DNA of 55,872 nucleotides. Source: Bacteroidales bacterium UBA4788. Lineage in GTDB: Bacteria; Bacteroidota; Bacteroidia; Bacteroidales; VadinHA17. The notes under the pieces were generated by a model that searched no databases, was not told the DNA's origin, and saw only the letters and a program-made list of their open reading frames with translations. The DNA lies in contig DHGW01000010.1 in assembly GCA_002402965.1 (NCBI GenBank), forward strand, positions 11,135 to 67,006, written 5' to 3'. The position numbers and the translations under genes were made by a program. Below, piece after piece: positions 1 to 10,897 of the stretch. Within the stretch, counting starts at the first letter, position 1. Each line of letters opens with the position of its first letter.

Positions 1-8
1 CCTACAGC

Positions 9-1742
9 CTACAGCTTCATGTCATGGACAACGGCATCAATCCTGTCTTCCAGGGCCTTCCAGAGCGGCTCGAACTGTGAGACATCGCTCATGGTGGTGT
101 TGGCGCTGAAGTAGAACTTGATCTTGGGTTCGGTACCGGACGGCCGGACGGAGATCTTGGTTCCGTCGGCCAGGAAGAACTGCAGCACATTTGATTTTTC
201 CATCTGCAGGGGAGTCTTTTCCCCGGTGACAAGGTCAGCTGACACCAGTGCCTGGTAATCATTATACCTGATCACTTTGCTGCCGGCTATCTCAGCCGGC
301 GGGCTGTTACGGAATCCTTCCATCATTGCCTTTATCTCTGCGGCACCCTCGGCACCCTTCCTTACAACATTGACCAGCTTCTCGCGGTAGAGTCCGTACT
401 CAGCATAGATGTCGAGCAGCAGTTCCCACAGAGTCTTTCCCCTGTCACGCGCCCAGGCGGCTGCCTCGGCAACCAGTGTTATGGCTGACACCCCGTCCTT
501 GTCGCGCACATAGTCGCCTGCCAGGTATCCGAAGCTCTCTTCGCCTCCGCCGATATACTTCTCCTTCCCCTCGAGGTCACGCATCAGTTCTGCGAAGTAT
601 TTAAAGCCTGTAAGCACCTTGTAGCATTTGACCCCGTTCCAGTTCGCTATGCTCTCAAGAAGGTCCGACGTAACGATAGTATAAATAATGTATTCGTTGC
701 CCCTGAGTTCTCCATTGTGTTTCTTCTGTGAGAGGATGTACCATGTCAGCAGGGCGCCGGTCTGGTTGCCGTTGAGCAGCACGTATTCACCGGACGGTTT
801 CCTGACGGCAACACCCAGCCTGTCGCCGTCGGGATCGGTTGCCATGACCAGGTCGGCTCCCTTTTCCTTCGCCAGGGCGACAGCCATTGAAAGTGCATCA
901 GGTTCCTCGGGGTTCGGGGAGTGTACCGTCGGAAAGTTACCATCAGGGACAGACTGTTCCTTTACCGTGTGCACGTTTGTAAATCCGTACAGAGCCAGTG
1001 CATCGGGAACAATCTTGTAGCCTGTTCCGTGGAGCGGGGTATATACAATGCCGATATCGTGGTTCCTTTTTATTACATCAGGATTGATACTGAGGGCCTT
1101 AACCTCTGCCAGGTATTTTTCATCCGTCTCAGCGCCCAGGGTGATTATTTTTGATTCATCACCGCCGGTCATTATATCCCTGACTGATCTGATGCTGCGA
1201 ACCTCATCAATGATACCCTTGTCATGGGGAGAGACCACCTGTCCTCCGTCGTTCCATGACACCTTGTAACCGTTGTACTCTTTCGGGTTATGTGAGGCGG
1301 TGATATTTACCCCCGCGTCACACCCGTAAAGCCTGATTGCGTATGACAGTTCGGGGGTGGGCCGCAGAGCCTCGAACAGGCATGCGGTGAATCCGTTGGC
1401 AGTGAAGATATCTGCCGCCACCCTGGCGAAGTAACTGCTGTTATTACGGCAGTCGTGTGCTATGGCCACCTTTATTGAAGCCGGGTTGGATGAATGCTTC
1501 TTAAGGTAGTTTGCGAGTCCCTGCGTTGCCATTCCGAGGGTATAACGGTTCATCCTGTTGGTTCCGGCTCCCATAATGCCGCGAAGTCCACCGGTACCGA
1601 ACTCGAGGTCCTGGTAAAAGGCATCTGTCAGCGCCTTCTCATCGTAATCCAGCATGTGCTTCACCTCCATGCGGGTGGTTTCGTCAAACTCTTCGCCAAG
1701 CCATGCTTCGGCTTTTCTCCTGATTTCTTCGGTGTTGATCAT
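9..1742 (-). CDS. pgm: Phosphoglucomutase/phosphomannomutase (alpha-D-phosphohexomutase)
   Basis: FGTGGLRG, catalytic TASHNP, metal loop DPDGDR, GEES, RPSGTEPKIKFY. Confidence 0.93.
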   Translation of the reverse strand: MINTEEIRRKAEAWLGEEFDETTRMEVKHMLDYDEKALTDAFYQDLEFGTGGLRGIMGAGTNRMNRYTLGMATQGLANYLKKHSSNPASIKVAIAHDCRNNSSYFARVAADIFTANGFTACLFEALRPTPELSYAIRLYGCDAGVNITASHNPKEYNGYKVSWNDGGQVVSPHDKGIIDEVRSIRSVRDIMTGGDESKIITLGAETDEKYLAEVKALSINPDVIKRNHDIGIVYTPLHGTGYKIVPDALALYGFTNVHTVKEQSVPDGNFPTVHSPNPEEPDALSMAVALAKEKGADLVMATDPDGDRLGVAVRKPSGEYVLLNGNQTGALLTWYILSQKKHNGELRGNEYIIYTIVTSDLLESIANWNGVKCYKVLTGFKYFAELMRDLEGKEKYIGGGEESFGYLAGDYVRDKDGVSAITLVAEAAAWARDRGKTLWELLLDIYAEYGLYREKLVNVVRKGAEGAAEIKAMMEGFRNSPPAEIAGSKVIRYNDYQALVSADLVTGEKTPLQMEKSNVLQFFLADGTKISVRPSGTEPKIKFYFSANTTMSDVSQFEPLWKALEDRIDAVVHDMKL

Positions 1743-2611
1743 ATCCGGTTTATTTTTGATATACAGTTTATCAGACTGGTGCGCCAGTGGGGTATCATGA
1801 GGTTATAGCATTCTCTTATCCTTGTTTTGTCCAGGACACTGTATGCTGGTCTCTTTACCTTTGAGGGATAGGCAGAGCTCCTGACGGGAATGACCTCGCA
1901 GGGCGATCCTGCTACTTTGATTATCTCGCAGGCAAGATCGAACCAGCTGCAGACACCCTCATTGGAGTAGTTGAAGATCCCGGGCACGAAGTTGTGGCTG
2001 TTCCGTATCACTCCGCCGATGATATCCAGTATGGCCGCCGCAAGGTCGGCGGCGTAGGTAGGTGATCCGGCCTGGTCGAAGACCACGCTGAGGCTCTGTG
2101 CTGAGCCCGCCTTCCGCAGTATGGTTTTGACGAAGTTGTTGCCATAGGATGAGTAGAGCCAGGATGTCCTGATGATCATGCTGTTGGACCAGCGCATAGC
2201 CGCCTTTTCTCCCTCCAGCTTGCTCCGGCCGTAGGCTGATGCAGGGGAGGGGATGTCATCCTCACTGTAAGGCACCGGACTGTTGCCGTCAAAAATGTAA
2301 TCGGTTGAGATGTGTATCAGCCTGCAGTCGGTTCCCTGAAGGGCTTTGACGATATTCTCCACACCCCTCGCGTTGATAACCGTAGCCAGGTCTTCCTCAT
2401 CCTCCGCCCGGTCGACGGCAGTGTATGCCGCACAGTTGATGACCCAGGAGGGAGGATTTGCAGAGATAAAAGCCTCCGTGGCCGCGGTATCTGTAATGTC
2501 GAGCTCCCCGGCATCAGTGAAGATGAATTCGTAACCGCTGTAACGGGATGATCTCTCCCTGATCTCACTGCCGAGCTGTCCGGACGCGCCGGTAACCAGT
2601 ATGGTTGTCAT
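1739..2611 (-). CDS. rmlD: dTDP-4-dehydrorhamnose reductase
   Basis: GASGQLG, NCAAYTAVD, HISTDYIFDG, YGRSK; next to rmlC/rmlA. Confidence 0.95.
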   Translation of the reverse strand: MTTILVTGASGQLGSEIRERSSRYSGYEFIFTDAGELDITDTAATEAFISANPPSWVINCAAYTAVDRAEDEEDLATVINARGVENIVKALQGTDCRLIHISTDYIFDGNSPVPYSEDDIPSPASAYGRSKLEGEKAAMRWSNSMIIRTSWLYSSYGNNFVKTILRKAGSAQSLSVVFDQAGSPTYAADLAAAILDIIGGVIRNSHNFVPGIFNYSNEGVCSWFDLACEIIKVAGSPCEVIPVRSSAYPSKVKRPAYSVLDKTRIRECYNLMIPHWRTSLINCISKINRI

Positions 2612-3168
2612 TCACTGAAGATGAAGTTCGTTGACACATCCTTAAACAGTGGCTGATTAAGGTCTTTAGGACTGATGACCGGCGCTTCGTCCCTGATCAT
2701 CCAGTCTATTCCAAGAGCAGGGTCAAGGGCGTTTATGCCTCTCTCATGGGCAACGGAATAGTTATTGTCGCACTTATAGAGGACGATGGCCCTCTCGCTG
2801 AGCACTGAGAATCCGTGTGCAAATCCTTTCGGGATAAGGAACTGCAGCTTCTTTTCGGAATCGATTATCAGTCCGAACCACCTCCCGAAGCTGGGTGAGC
2901 CACGCCTTATGTCAAGGGCCACATCATAGATCCGTCCCTCGATGACTCTTATCAGCTTGGCCTGTGCGAATGGTTCCTCCTGGTAATGGAGGCCCCGGAT
3001 CACCCCCCTGCAGGAACTCGATTCATTGTCCTGGACAGGTTCGTATTCGATTTCGTTATTACTGTATTTCAGTTTGTTGTAGCTCTCGAAGAAATATCCC
3101 CTGGTGTCATTGAATACATCGGGTTCGATAATCAGCAAACCGGAAAATTCAGTCTTGTGTACTTTCAT
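2608..3168 (-). CDS. rmlC: dTDP-4-dehydrorhamnose 3,5-epimerase
   Basis: DTRGYFFE, QDNES, RGLHYQ, GFAHGF. Confidence 0.95.
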   Translation of the reverse strand: MKVHKTEFSGLLIIEPDVFNDTRGYFFESYNKLKYSNNEIEYEPVQDNESSSCRGVIRGLHYQEEPFAQAKLIRVIEGRIYDVALDIRRGSPSFGRWFGLIIDSEKKLQFLIPKGFAHGFSVLSERAIVLYKCDNNYSVAHERGINALDPALGIDWMIRDEAPVISPKDLNQPLFKDVSTNFIFSE

Positions 3169-3170
3169 TG

Positions 3171-4043
3171 TCAGGCCTGTTCTTTTGCGACTTTGAGGAG
3201 ATACTGTCCATACTGGCTCTTAGCCAGCGGTCTGGCAAGCTCAACAAGTTGGTCCTGTGAGATGAAACCGCTCTTGTATGCAATCTCTTCAATACATGAA
3301 GCACTCAGTCCCTGCCGCTGTTCCAGGGTAGCAATGAAGTTGGAGGCCTGGAGAAGGCTGTCGAACGTGCCGGTGTCAAGCCATGCCATGCCTCGCCCCA
3401 GCAGTTTCACCTCGAGTTTACCCTCCTGCAGGTAGAGTCTGTTAAGGTCGGTTATCTCGAGTTCACCCCGCGGTGACGGTTTGAGGTTGCGGGCGCGTGA
3501 GGCCACTGTGTTGTCATAGAAGTAAAGGCCCGTGACGGCATAGTTGGATCTTGGATTAAGAGGTTTCTCCTCGATGCTGACAGCCTTCATGTCAGCATCG
3601 AACTCTACAACGCCGTACCGCTCGGGGTCATTGACGGCATAGCCGAAGACGATGGCGCCGTTATTCAGGGCAGCAGCCTGCTTCAGGATGCTGCCGAAGC
3701 CCTGGCCGTAGAAGATATTGTCACCAAGGATCATGCATACATTGTCATCTCCGATGAAGTCTTCACCTATTATGAATGCCTGGGCCAGCCCGTCTGGTGA
3801 TGGCTGCTCCCGGTATGAGAATCGCATCCCCAGCCTTGTCCCGTCTCCAAGTAACGCCCTGAAGCTCGGGAGGTCACGCGGGGTTGATATGATGAGGATA
3901 TCCCGGATGCCGGCAAGCATCAGCGCCGAGAGAGGATAGTAAATCATAGGTTTATCATAGACCGGCAGCAGTTGCTTGGAGATGGCCTCCGTGATCGGGT
4001 GGAGCCTGGTACCGGATCCGCCGGCAAGAATAATGCCTTTCAT
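3171..4043 (-). CDS. rmlA: Glucose-1-phosphate thymidylyltransferase
   Basis: [45 protein letters not shown]; start placed at ATG 4043. Confidence 0.96.
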   Translation of the reverse strand: MKGIILAGGSGTRLHPITEAISKQLLPVYDKPMIYYPLSALMLAGIRDILIISTPRDLPSFRALLGDGTRLGMRFSYREQPSPDGLAQAFIIGEDFIGDDNVCMILGDNIFYGQGFGSILKQAAALNNGAIVFGYAVNDPERYGVVEFDADMKAVSIEEKPLNPRSNYAVTGLYFYDNTVASRARNLKPSPRGELEITDLNRLYLQEGKLEVKLLGRGMAWLDTGTFDSLLQASNFIATLEQRQGLSASCIEEIAYKSGFISQDQLVELARPLAKSQYGQYLLKVAKEQA

Positions 4044-4069
4044 CAGCAAATATTTAGTTATACAGATGA

Positions 4070-4077
4070 CAAAAATA
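4070..4077 (-). promoter_or_regulatory. Bacteroidota -7 promoter element (TATTTTTG) for rmlA-rmlC-rmlD-pgm
   Basis: Matches TAnnTTTG, ~27 bp upstream of the rmlA ATG. Confidence 0.55.
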
Positions 4078-4180
4078 GAAAAAAGCACCGATCTAAACAG
4101 GGACGGACCAACTCACAGCACTTTTAATTCTTATACCCTGAAAATCTGTCTATTGTTCGTTTTCAAAACAAAATAATAAT

Positions 4181-4188
4181 TATCTTTG
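4181..4188 (+). promoter_or_regulatory. Bacteroidota -7 promoter element (TATCTTTG) for rpsA
   Basis: Exact TAnnTTTG followed by an AT-rich leader. Confidence 0.7.
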
Positions 4189-4246
4189 CAAGCAATTTTT
4201 AAACAACATAATGTCTAACTTATTAATTTTCAATTAATTTAGTAAA

Positions 4247-6238
4247 ATGAGTGAAATTAACGAACAGACCGGCAACCCTGCAAACGAAGAGGGCAAAGTG
4301 ACTGAGACCGGATCGGAAGAGGTAAAATCAAATGAGGTTGTTCTTGAATCAGCAGGTGAGATGGTTGCTGAGGACCAGCCTATTCTGAAAGAAAAGAAAG
4401 AAAAAAAGGTGAAGGCTGAAGAAGTAGCTGCAGCAGATGCAGCAGCAGCTGCAACACCAGAAGAGTTTGACTGGGATGCTTATGAGGAAGACGGCTTCTC
4501 ATCACAGAAGAGTCGCGCAGACCAGCAGAAATTGTATGAAGAAACTCTGTCAACAGTCGCTGTTGACGAGGTTGTGGAAGGCAGGGTCATCTCAATGAAC
4601 AGCCGCGAAGTGGTTATCAATATCGGGCAGAAGTCCGAAGGTGTGGTGAGCCTTAACGAATTCCGGTATAACCCTGATATGAAGGTTGGTGACACTGTTG
4701 AGGTATATGTTGAGAGCCAGGAGGACAAGAAGGGCCAGCTGGTGCTTTCGCACAAGAAAGCCAGGGCTTACAATTCATGGGACCGTGTCAATTCGGCCCT
4801 GGAAAACAATGAGATCATCACCGGTTACATCAAGTGCCGCACCAAGGGTGGCATGATTGTCGACGTCTTTGGCATCGAGTCGTTCCTTCCCGGTTCACAG
4901 ATCGATGTCAAGCCAATACGCGATTACGATGTCTATGTAGGCAAGACAATGGAGTTCCGCGTTGTGAAGATCAACCAGGAGTTCAAGAATGTGGTTGTGT
5001 CGCACAAGGCGCTCATCGAGGCCGAGCTTGAGCAGCAGAAGAAGGAGATCATCTCCAAACTGGAAAAGGGTCAGGTGCTCGAGGGTACCGTCAAGAACAT
5101 CACCTCTTACGGTGTATTCATTGATCTCGGCGGAGTTGACGGACTTATCCATATCACCGATCTCTCATGGGGCAGGGTCAACCATCCCGAGGAGATCGTT
5201 CAGCTTGACCAGAAGCTCAACGTTGTCATTCTCGACTTTGATGATGACAAGAAGAGGATTGCCCTCGGTCTCAAGCAGCTTACCCCGCATCCGTGGGATT
5301 CGCTCAGCGAGACACTTAAGGTGGGTGACAAGGTTAAAGGCAGGGTTGTTGTCATGGCCGACTACGGTGCATTTGTGGAGATTACAACGGGTGTTGAAGG
5401 ACTTATCCATGTGTCGGAAATGTCATGGTCACAGCACCTGCGCAGTGCACAGGAGTTCATGAAGGTAGGCGACGAGGTTGAGGCTGTCATCCTGACACTT
5501 GACCGCGAGGAGCGCAAGATGTCACTCGGCATCAAGCAGCTCAAGACCGATCCATGGGAGAATATCGAACAGAAATACAGTCTTAACTCACGTCACAAGG
5601 CTCGTGTCCGCAACTTCACCAATTTCGGTGTATTCGTTGAGATTGAAGAGGGTGTTGACGGTCTGATTCACATTTCCGACCTGTCATGGACGAAGAAGAT
5701 CAAGCATCCGGCCGAGTTTACTGCGATCGATGCTGAGATCGATGTTGTCGTCCTCGAGATAGACAAGGATAACAGGAGACTGAGTCTTGGTCATAAGCAG
5801 CTTGAGGAGAACCCGTGGGATGTATTTGAGGATCTCTTTACCGTTGATTCGATCCATGAGGGTACTGTCATCGAGGTCTTTGACAAGGGCGCAATCATTG
5901 CACTGCCTTACGGTGTTGAGGGCTTTGCCACTCCGAAGCATCTCGTCAAGGAAGACGGAACGCAGGCTGTTGTTGAGGATAAGCTCAACTTCAAGGTGAT
6001 CGAGTTCAACAAAGGGGCCAAGAAGATCATTGTTTCGCACAGCCGTATTTTCGAGGATGAGAGAAAAGGCTCAGAGGCAAGCACCAGGCGTTCCGAGACC
6101 GAAAACACCAAGAAGGCAGCCCGCAAAATAAAGGCCAGTCTTGAGAAGACCACCCTCGGTGACATCACCGGACTTCAGGCTCTAAAGGATGAGATGGAAG
6201 AAAAAGAGGCAAGAAGTCTAGGTAAAAAGAAAAAATAA
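4247..6238 (+). CDS. rpsA: 30S ribosomal protein S1
   Basis: Repeated S1 domains (YGVFIDLGGVDGLIHITDLSW, GAFVE..GVEGLIHVSEMSW), FDWD and TTLGD motifs. Confidence 0.97.
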   Translation: MSEINEQTGNPANEEGKVTETGSEEVKSNEVVLESAGEMVAEDQPILKEKKEKKVKAEEVAAADAAAAATPEEFDWDAYEEDGFSSQKSRADQQKLYEETLSTVAVDEVVEGRVISMNSREVVINIGQKSEGVVSLNEFRYNPDMKVGDTVEVYVESQEDKKGQLVLSHKKARAYNSWDRVNSALENNEIITGYIKCRTKGGMIVDVFGIESFLPGSQIDVKPIRDYDVYVGKTMEFRVVKINQEFKNVVVSHKALIEAELEQQKKEIISKLEKGQVLEGTVKNITSYGVFIDLGGVDGLIHITDLSWGRVNHPEEIVQLDQKLNVVILDFDDDKKRIALGLKQLTPHPWDSLSETLKVGDKVKGRVVVMADYGAFVEITTGVEGLIHVSEMSWSQHLRSAQEFMKVGDEVEAVILTLDREERKMSLGIKQLKTDPWENIEQKYSLNSRHKARVRNFTNFGVFVEIEEGVDGLIHISDLSWTKKIKHPAEFTAIDAEIDVVVLEIDKDNRRLSLGHKQLEENPWDVFEDLFTVDSIHEGTVIEVFDKGAIIALPYGVEGFATPKHLVKEDGTQAVVEDKLNFKVIEFNKGAKKIIVSHSRIFEDERKGSEASTRRSETENTKKAARKIKASLEKTTLGDITGLQALKDEMEEKEARSLGKKKK

Positions 6239-6268
6239 CTCTATTTTTAGTTGCCAAAATAATCAGCT

Positions 6269-6607
6269 ATGGATTTCAACATTCAAAACAAGAACCAGTG
6301 CACAGTTATAAGCATTGAGACTGAGAAGCTTGACACACATATTGCTCCTTCACTCAAGTCGGAGTTGGTGCTCATCTCCGGCAAAGGAGAGAGGAACATC
6401 ATTCTTGATCTGAAGAAGTGCCAGTATTGTGACTCTTCAGGTCTGAGCGCCATTCTCGTGGCAAACAGGCTTTGCAAGAATGCGGGAGGTACCTTCGTTC
6501 TGTGCGGACTGAATGAGGCTGTTGAGAGGCTTATTACAATCTCGCAGCTTGACACTGTGCTTTCCATAACCGCTGATACCGAGGAGGCAGAGAAACTTAT
6601 CTCCTGA
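6269..6607 (+). CDS. STAS-domain protein (anti-sigma factor antagonist)
   Basis: IILDL..CQYCDSSGLSAIL with the phospho-acceptor Ser. Confidence 0.88.
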   Translation: MDFNIQNKNQCTVISIETEKLDTHIAPSLKSELVLISGKGERNIILDLKKCQYCDSSGLSAILVANRLCKNAGGTFVLCGLNEAVERLITISQLDTVLSITADTEEAEKLIS

Positions 6608-6621
6608 GGAGAGGCGGCGGC

Positions 6622-7539
6622 ATGGCCTTCAGGCTTACCATACTCGGTACCAGCTCTGCTCTGCCCACCTCAGACCGATATCCTACCGCTCATGTACTCA
6701 ATGTGCATGAGCGGTTGTTTTTAATAGACTGTGGCGAGGGCACCCAGATGCAGATGCGCCGATGGAAGATACGCTTCGGCAAGATCAACCATATATTTAT
6801 CAGCCATCTTCACGGTGACCACTTCTTCGGAGTTTACCCCCTGCTTTCAACCTACAATCTCATGGGCAGGAAGACCCCGCTTCATCTCTATGCCCCGGCG
6901 CCTGCAGAGGCGATGATCGCCAGGCACCTGGCTGATTTCGACATCAATCTCGGTTATGAGCTCACGGTCCACACTGTCGCCGGCCGATCGATGAAAAGCA
7001 TCCTGGATGACAGACGGGTGGAGGTCTTTTCCTTCCCTCTTAAGCACCGTATACCTTCCTACGGTTACCTGTTCCGTGAAAAGACTCCTGACAGGAATAT
7101 GATCAGGGAGAAGATTGAGGAGTTCGGGCTCACTGTTGAAGAGATAGGTATGGCCAGAAAGGGAAAGGACATTATAAGGGAGGGTGGTGAGATCATCCCC
7201 TTCATTGATGTTACATTGGTACCGCGCCAGACTGTATCCTACGCCTTCTGCAGTGACACGGGGTGGTTCAGAAAGCTCTCCTCGTATGTCACCGGTGTCG
7301 ATCTCCTGTACCACGAGGCCACTTTCGGGGACGACAATGAGGCGCTGGCGCTGAAGACCAGGCACTCTACCGCACGCCATGCAGCAACGGTGGCGCATGA
7401 CGCCGGCGTAAAACGTTTGCTGCTGGGGCATTTCTCCGCCCGTTACAGGTCTACGGCCCAGCTCGAGGAGGAGGCCAGGCAGGTCTTCCCCGAAACGGAA
7501 GCTGCACGGGAGGGGATTACATATGAGATCGGCGGATGA
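6622..7539 (+). CDS. rnz: Ribonuclease Z
   Basis: LGTSSALP, DCGEGTQ, HLHGDH, HEATF, HFSARY. Confidence 0.93.
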   Translation: MAFRLTILGTSSALPTSDRYPTAHVLNVHERLFLIDCGEGTQMQMRRWKIRFGKINHIFISHLHGDHFFGVYPLLSTYNLMGRKTPLHLYAPAPAEAMIARHLADFDINLGYELTVHTVAGRSMKSILDDRRVEVFSFPLKHRIPSYGYLFREKTPDRNMIREKIEEFGLTVEEIGMARKGKDIIREGGEIIPFIDVTLVPRQTVSYAFCSDTGWFRKLSSYVTGVDLLYHEATFGDDNEALALKTRHSTARHAATVAHDAGVKRLLLGHFSARYRSTAQLEEEARQVFPETEAAREGITYEIGG

Positions 7540-7559
7540 TTGTGGAACGGCAGATTGAT

Positions 7560-7567
7560 TATCTTTG
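7560..7567 (+). promoter_or_regulatory. -7 promoter element (TATCTTTG) for guaA
   Basis: TAnnTTTG ~31 bp upstream of the GTG start. Confidence 0.65.
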
Positions 7568-7598
7568 CCACCTACATAACCGCTTTAATTAATTCCCC

Positions 7599-9128
7599 GT
7601 GCAGGAAAAAATATTGATCCTCGATTTCGGATCTCAGTATACGCAGCTGATTGCCAGGCGTATAAGGGAGCTGAACGTTTATTGCGAGATACATCCATTC
7701 AACCATTTCCCTCAGCCGGACGACAGCGTCAGGGGAGTCATCCTCTCAGGCAGCCCGTGGTCAGTACGTGATACCAGGGCACCCTTCCCGGACCTCACCG
7801 GAATTAAGGGCCGTATTCCCATGCTGGGTGTGTGCTATGGTGCACAGTATCTAACCCACAAATACGGAGGGGAGGTACTGCCATCAAATACACGTGAGTA
7901 TGGCAGGGCGAAGCTTGTAAAGGTTGACACCGGCGACCCGCTCTTCAAGGGTATCACCCCGGGCACGCAGGTCTGGATGTCACACGGCGACACGATTGTT
8001 AAAATACCGCAGGATTACCTCATTACAGGTTCGACGGAAGATGTGAATGTGGCGGCGTTCAGGATAAGCGTAGAGCAGACATGGGGCATTCAGTTCCATC
8101 CCGAAGTATATCATACCACCGAAGGGACAAGGATGCTCGGTAATTTCGTCAGAGGCATCTGCGGGTGCAGGGGCGACTGGACACCCGAGTCTTTCGTAGA
8201 TATGACGGTGCGCTCACTCCGGGAACAGATTGGCAATGACAGGGTAGTGCTCGGACTATCCGGCGGAGTAGACTCTTCGGTGGCGGCTCTGCTGCTTGAC
8301 AGGGCCATTGGTGACAGGCTGACATCGATCTTCGTTGACAACGGCCTGCTTCGCAAGGATGAGTATGAATCGGTTCTGGATGCCTATAGGAGGATGGGGC
8401 TCAACGTCAGAGGCGTGGATGCTTCCGCAGCGTTTGTCGATGGCCTTCGCGGGGTGGATGATCCGGAGACCAAAAGGAAGATAATTGGCAGAATATTCAT
8501 AGAGGTATTTGACCTTGAAGCGCATAATGTGCAGAATGTGAAATGGCTGGCCCAGGGAACAATTTATCCGGATGTTATTGAATCAGTATCTGTAAACGGT
8601 CCCTCTGCAACCATAAAGTCGCATCACAATGTCGGAGGCCTGCCTGATAAGATGCATCTTAAGGTGGTGGAGCCCCTGCGTCTCCTCTTCAAGGATGAGG
8701 TCAGAAGGGTTGGGAGAGCCCTTGGCATGCCCGACGAGATACTCAGCAGGCACCCGTTCCCGGGTCCGGGACTGGCAATCAGGATCGTGGGGGAAGTCAC
8801 TCCCGCAAAGCTGGAGACTCTTCGCGATGCTGATGAAATATTTATTTCCGGGCTCAGAAGGAGCGGCTGGTATGATAAGGTATGGCAGGCAGCCGTGATA
8901 CTCCTCCCTGTTCAGTCAGTGGGTGTCATGGGTGATGAGAGGACGTATGAGAATGCCGTCGTCCTCAGGGCTGTCACATCAACGGACGGCATGACTGCCG
9001 ACTGGAGCCATCTGCCCCATGAGTTCCTGGCCGAGGTGTCAAACCAGATCATCAACAGGGTCAAGGGGGTAAACAGGGTGGTTTATGACATCAGCTCCAA
9101 ACCTCCATCAACAATTGAATGGGAATAG
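7599..9128 (+). CDS. guaA: GMP synthase (glutamine-hydrolysing)
   Basis: [49 protein letters not shown]. Confidence 0.97.
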   Translation: MQEKILILDFGSQYTQLIARRIRELNVYCEIHPFNHFPQPDDSVRGVILSGSPWSVRDTRAPFPDLTGIKGRIPMLGVCYGAQYLTHKYGGEVLPSNTREYGRAKLVKVDTGDPLFKGITPGTQVWMSHGDTIVKIPQDYLITGSTEDVNVAAFRISVEQTWGIQFHPEVYHTTEGTRMLGNFVRGICGCRGDWTPESFVDMTVRSLREQIGNDRVVLGLSGGVDSSVAALLLDRAIGDRLTSIFVDNGLLRKDEYESVLDAYRRMGLNVRGVDASAAFVDGLRGVDDPETKRKIIGRIFIEVFDLEAHNVQNVKWLAQGTIYPDVIESVSVNGPSATIKSHHNVGGLPDKMHLKVVEPLRLLFKDEVRRVGRALGMPDEILSRHPFPGPGLAIRIVGEVTPAKLETLRDADEIFISGLRRSGWYDKVWQAAVILLPVQSVGVMGDERTYENAVVLRAVTSTDGMTADWSHLPHEFLAEVSNQIINRVKGVNRVVYDISSKPPSTIEWE

Positions 9129-9254
9129 AATATACGTGACCGGAAAGACTGGCGGCGCAGGCCGGCAGGAACAGGAAACAGAATGGGAATAGAATATACG
9201 TGACCGGAAAGACTGGCGGCGCAGGCCGGCAGGAACAGGAAACAGAATGGGAAT
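9117..9254 (+). repeat. Perfect 64-bp tandem duplication (9117-9180, 9181-9244) plus a 10-bp partial third copy, including the guaA 3' end
   Basis: GAATGGGAATAGAATATACG...AGGAAACA is read twice identically; GAATGGGAAT recurs at 9245. Confidence 0.95.
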
Positions 9255-9289
9255 GAAATTTGCAGAGAAGTAAAAAGAAACAACAGGAG

Positions 9290-10897
9290 ATGGTAAAGAA
9301 ACTGACAATAACATTAATTACGCTGCTGCTCATGCAGGGTACGGCGCTCAGGTCACAGGGGCTGACACAGGAGACATTCAAGATCGGAAAGACCCTTGCC
9401 CTGCTTGAGGCCATTTATGTCGACAGCGTAGACATTTCAGCGGTCACAGAGCAGATGATCATCAACGCCCTCCGCAATCTTGACCCACACTCGGTATATA
9501 TAGCCGCGAAGGATGTGCAGGAGGAGAATGAACCGCTGCAGGGTAACTTTGAAGGCATCGGGATACAGTTCAACGTACTCAATGATACTATAATTATTAT
9601 ATCTCCCATACCGGGAGGTCCTTCGGAGAAGGTGGGCATACAGGCCGGTGACCGGATAGTCGCAATTGCCGGTGAAAAGGTAACAGGTGTCGGCATCTCC
9701 ACCACCGGTGTGCAGAAGAAGCTCAGGGGCCCGAAGGGGACCAAGGTGGATGTGGCGATCTTCAGGAAGGGTGAAAGGGAGTTGCTCGACTTCACGATCA
9801 CCCGGGACAAGATCCCCGTCAACAGCCTCGATGCGGCATACATGGTGTCAGATAATGTGGGATACATCAAGCTGAGCCGTTTTTCGGAGCAGACAGCCTT
9901 TGAGTTTGCGCAGGCAGTGGAGAGGCTTCGCGGCAACAGGATGGAGCATCTTGTCATTGACCTGAGGGGAAACTCCGGGGGTTACATGGTGCCGGCGGTA
10001 CAGATTGCGGATGAACTTCTTTCCGGGGATGAGCTGATAGTCTATCTTGAAGGTCTGCATACATCGCGCCAGGAGTATAAGTCGGCACCGCTGGGAGCTC
10101 TCACACGGTCACGTGTGGCCGTACTCATTGACGAGGGTTCGGCATCGGCCAGCGAGATCCTGGCAGGAGCGGTACAGGACTGGGACAGAGGAGTTGTCAT
10201 TGGACGCAGGAGCTTTGGCAAGGGGTTGGTGCAGAACGGTTTCGGTTTGCCGGACGGATCGGAGATAAGACTCACAATTGCGCGTTACTACACCCCATCG
10301 GGGCGATCCATCCAGACGCCATATAACGAAGGATTTGACAAGTATTTTCAGACATACTACAGCCGGTATTTCAACGGTGAGCTGATCCATCCCGACAGCC
10401 TGAACCTGCCCGATTCCCTGAAGGCATTTACAATAAAAAACAAAAGACTGGTTTACGGAGGCGGAGGGATCACACCGGATATATTCATCCCAATTGACAC
10501 TGCCTTTTATTCGGATTATTACCGTGACCTGATAAGGACCTCCACGCTCACCAACTTCATGCTGTCATACACTGATCTCAACCGCAAGCAGCTGACGCGC
10601 AGGTTCAATAACTTCGGGGACTTCAGCAGGGGGTTTGAGATAGACGGAGCCACCCTGGATGAGCTGAAGGCAGCCGGGGAGAAGAACGGTGTCAGGTTTA
10701 ACCAGGCTCAGTTTGAAGTTTCGGAGCCTGAGATAAAGATAGTGATGAAGGCGCTTGTTGCCCGGGACCTGTGGGACATGAATGAATACTTCATGGTCAT
10801 CAACGGGGATGACTATGCAATCCTGAGGGCTCTGGAGGTTCTGAATGACCCACTCACCTATCAAAAGCTTCTCGGATACGGCAAGGAGGTGCGATGA
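9290..10897 (+). CDS. S41 family C-terminal processing peptidase with PDZ domain
   Basis: Signal peptide, LDPHS, FEGIGI, DLRGNSGG, SASASEI, FGKGLVQ; start placed at ATG 9290. Confidence 0.92.
   Translation: MVKKLTITLITLLLMQGTALRSQGLTQETFKIGKTLALLEAIYVDSVDISAVTEQMIINALRNLDPHSVYIAAKDVQEENEPLQGNFEGIGIQFNVLNDTIIIISPIPGGPSEKVGIQAGDRIVAIAGEKVTGVGISTTGVQKKLRGPKGTKVDVAIFRKGERELLDFTITRDKIPVNSLDAAYMVSDNVGYIKLSRFSEQTAFEFAQAVERLRGNRMEHLVIDLRGNSGGYMVPAVQIADELLSGDELIVYLEGLHTSRQEYKSAPLGALTRSRVAVLIDEGSASASEILAGAVQDWDRGVVIGRRSFGKGLVQNGFGLPDGSEIRLTIARYYTPSGRSIQTPYNEGFDKYFQTYYSRYFNGELIHPDSLNLPDSLKAFTIKNKRLVYGGGGITPDIFIPIDTAFYSDYYRDLIRTSTLTNFMLSYTDLNRKQLTRRFNNFGDFSRGFEIDGATLDELKAAGEKNGVRFNQAQFEVSEPEIKIVMKALVARDLWDMNEYFMVINGDDYAILRALEVLNDPLTYQKLLGYGKEVR

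Noticed and set aside
4247-4460. Acidic/Ala-rich N-terminal extension of S1 with GCA repeats
   Set aside because: Low-complexity variable leader with no evidence of a distinct function.
9117-9254. Possible CRISPR array
   Set aside because: Units are contiguous and identical with no unique spacers, and there are no cas genes.
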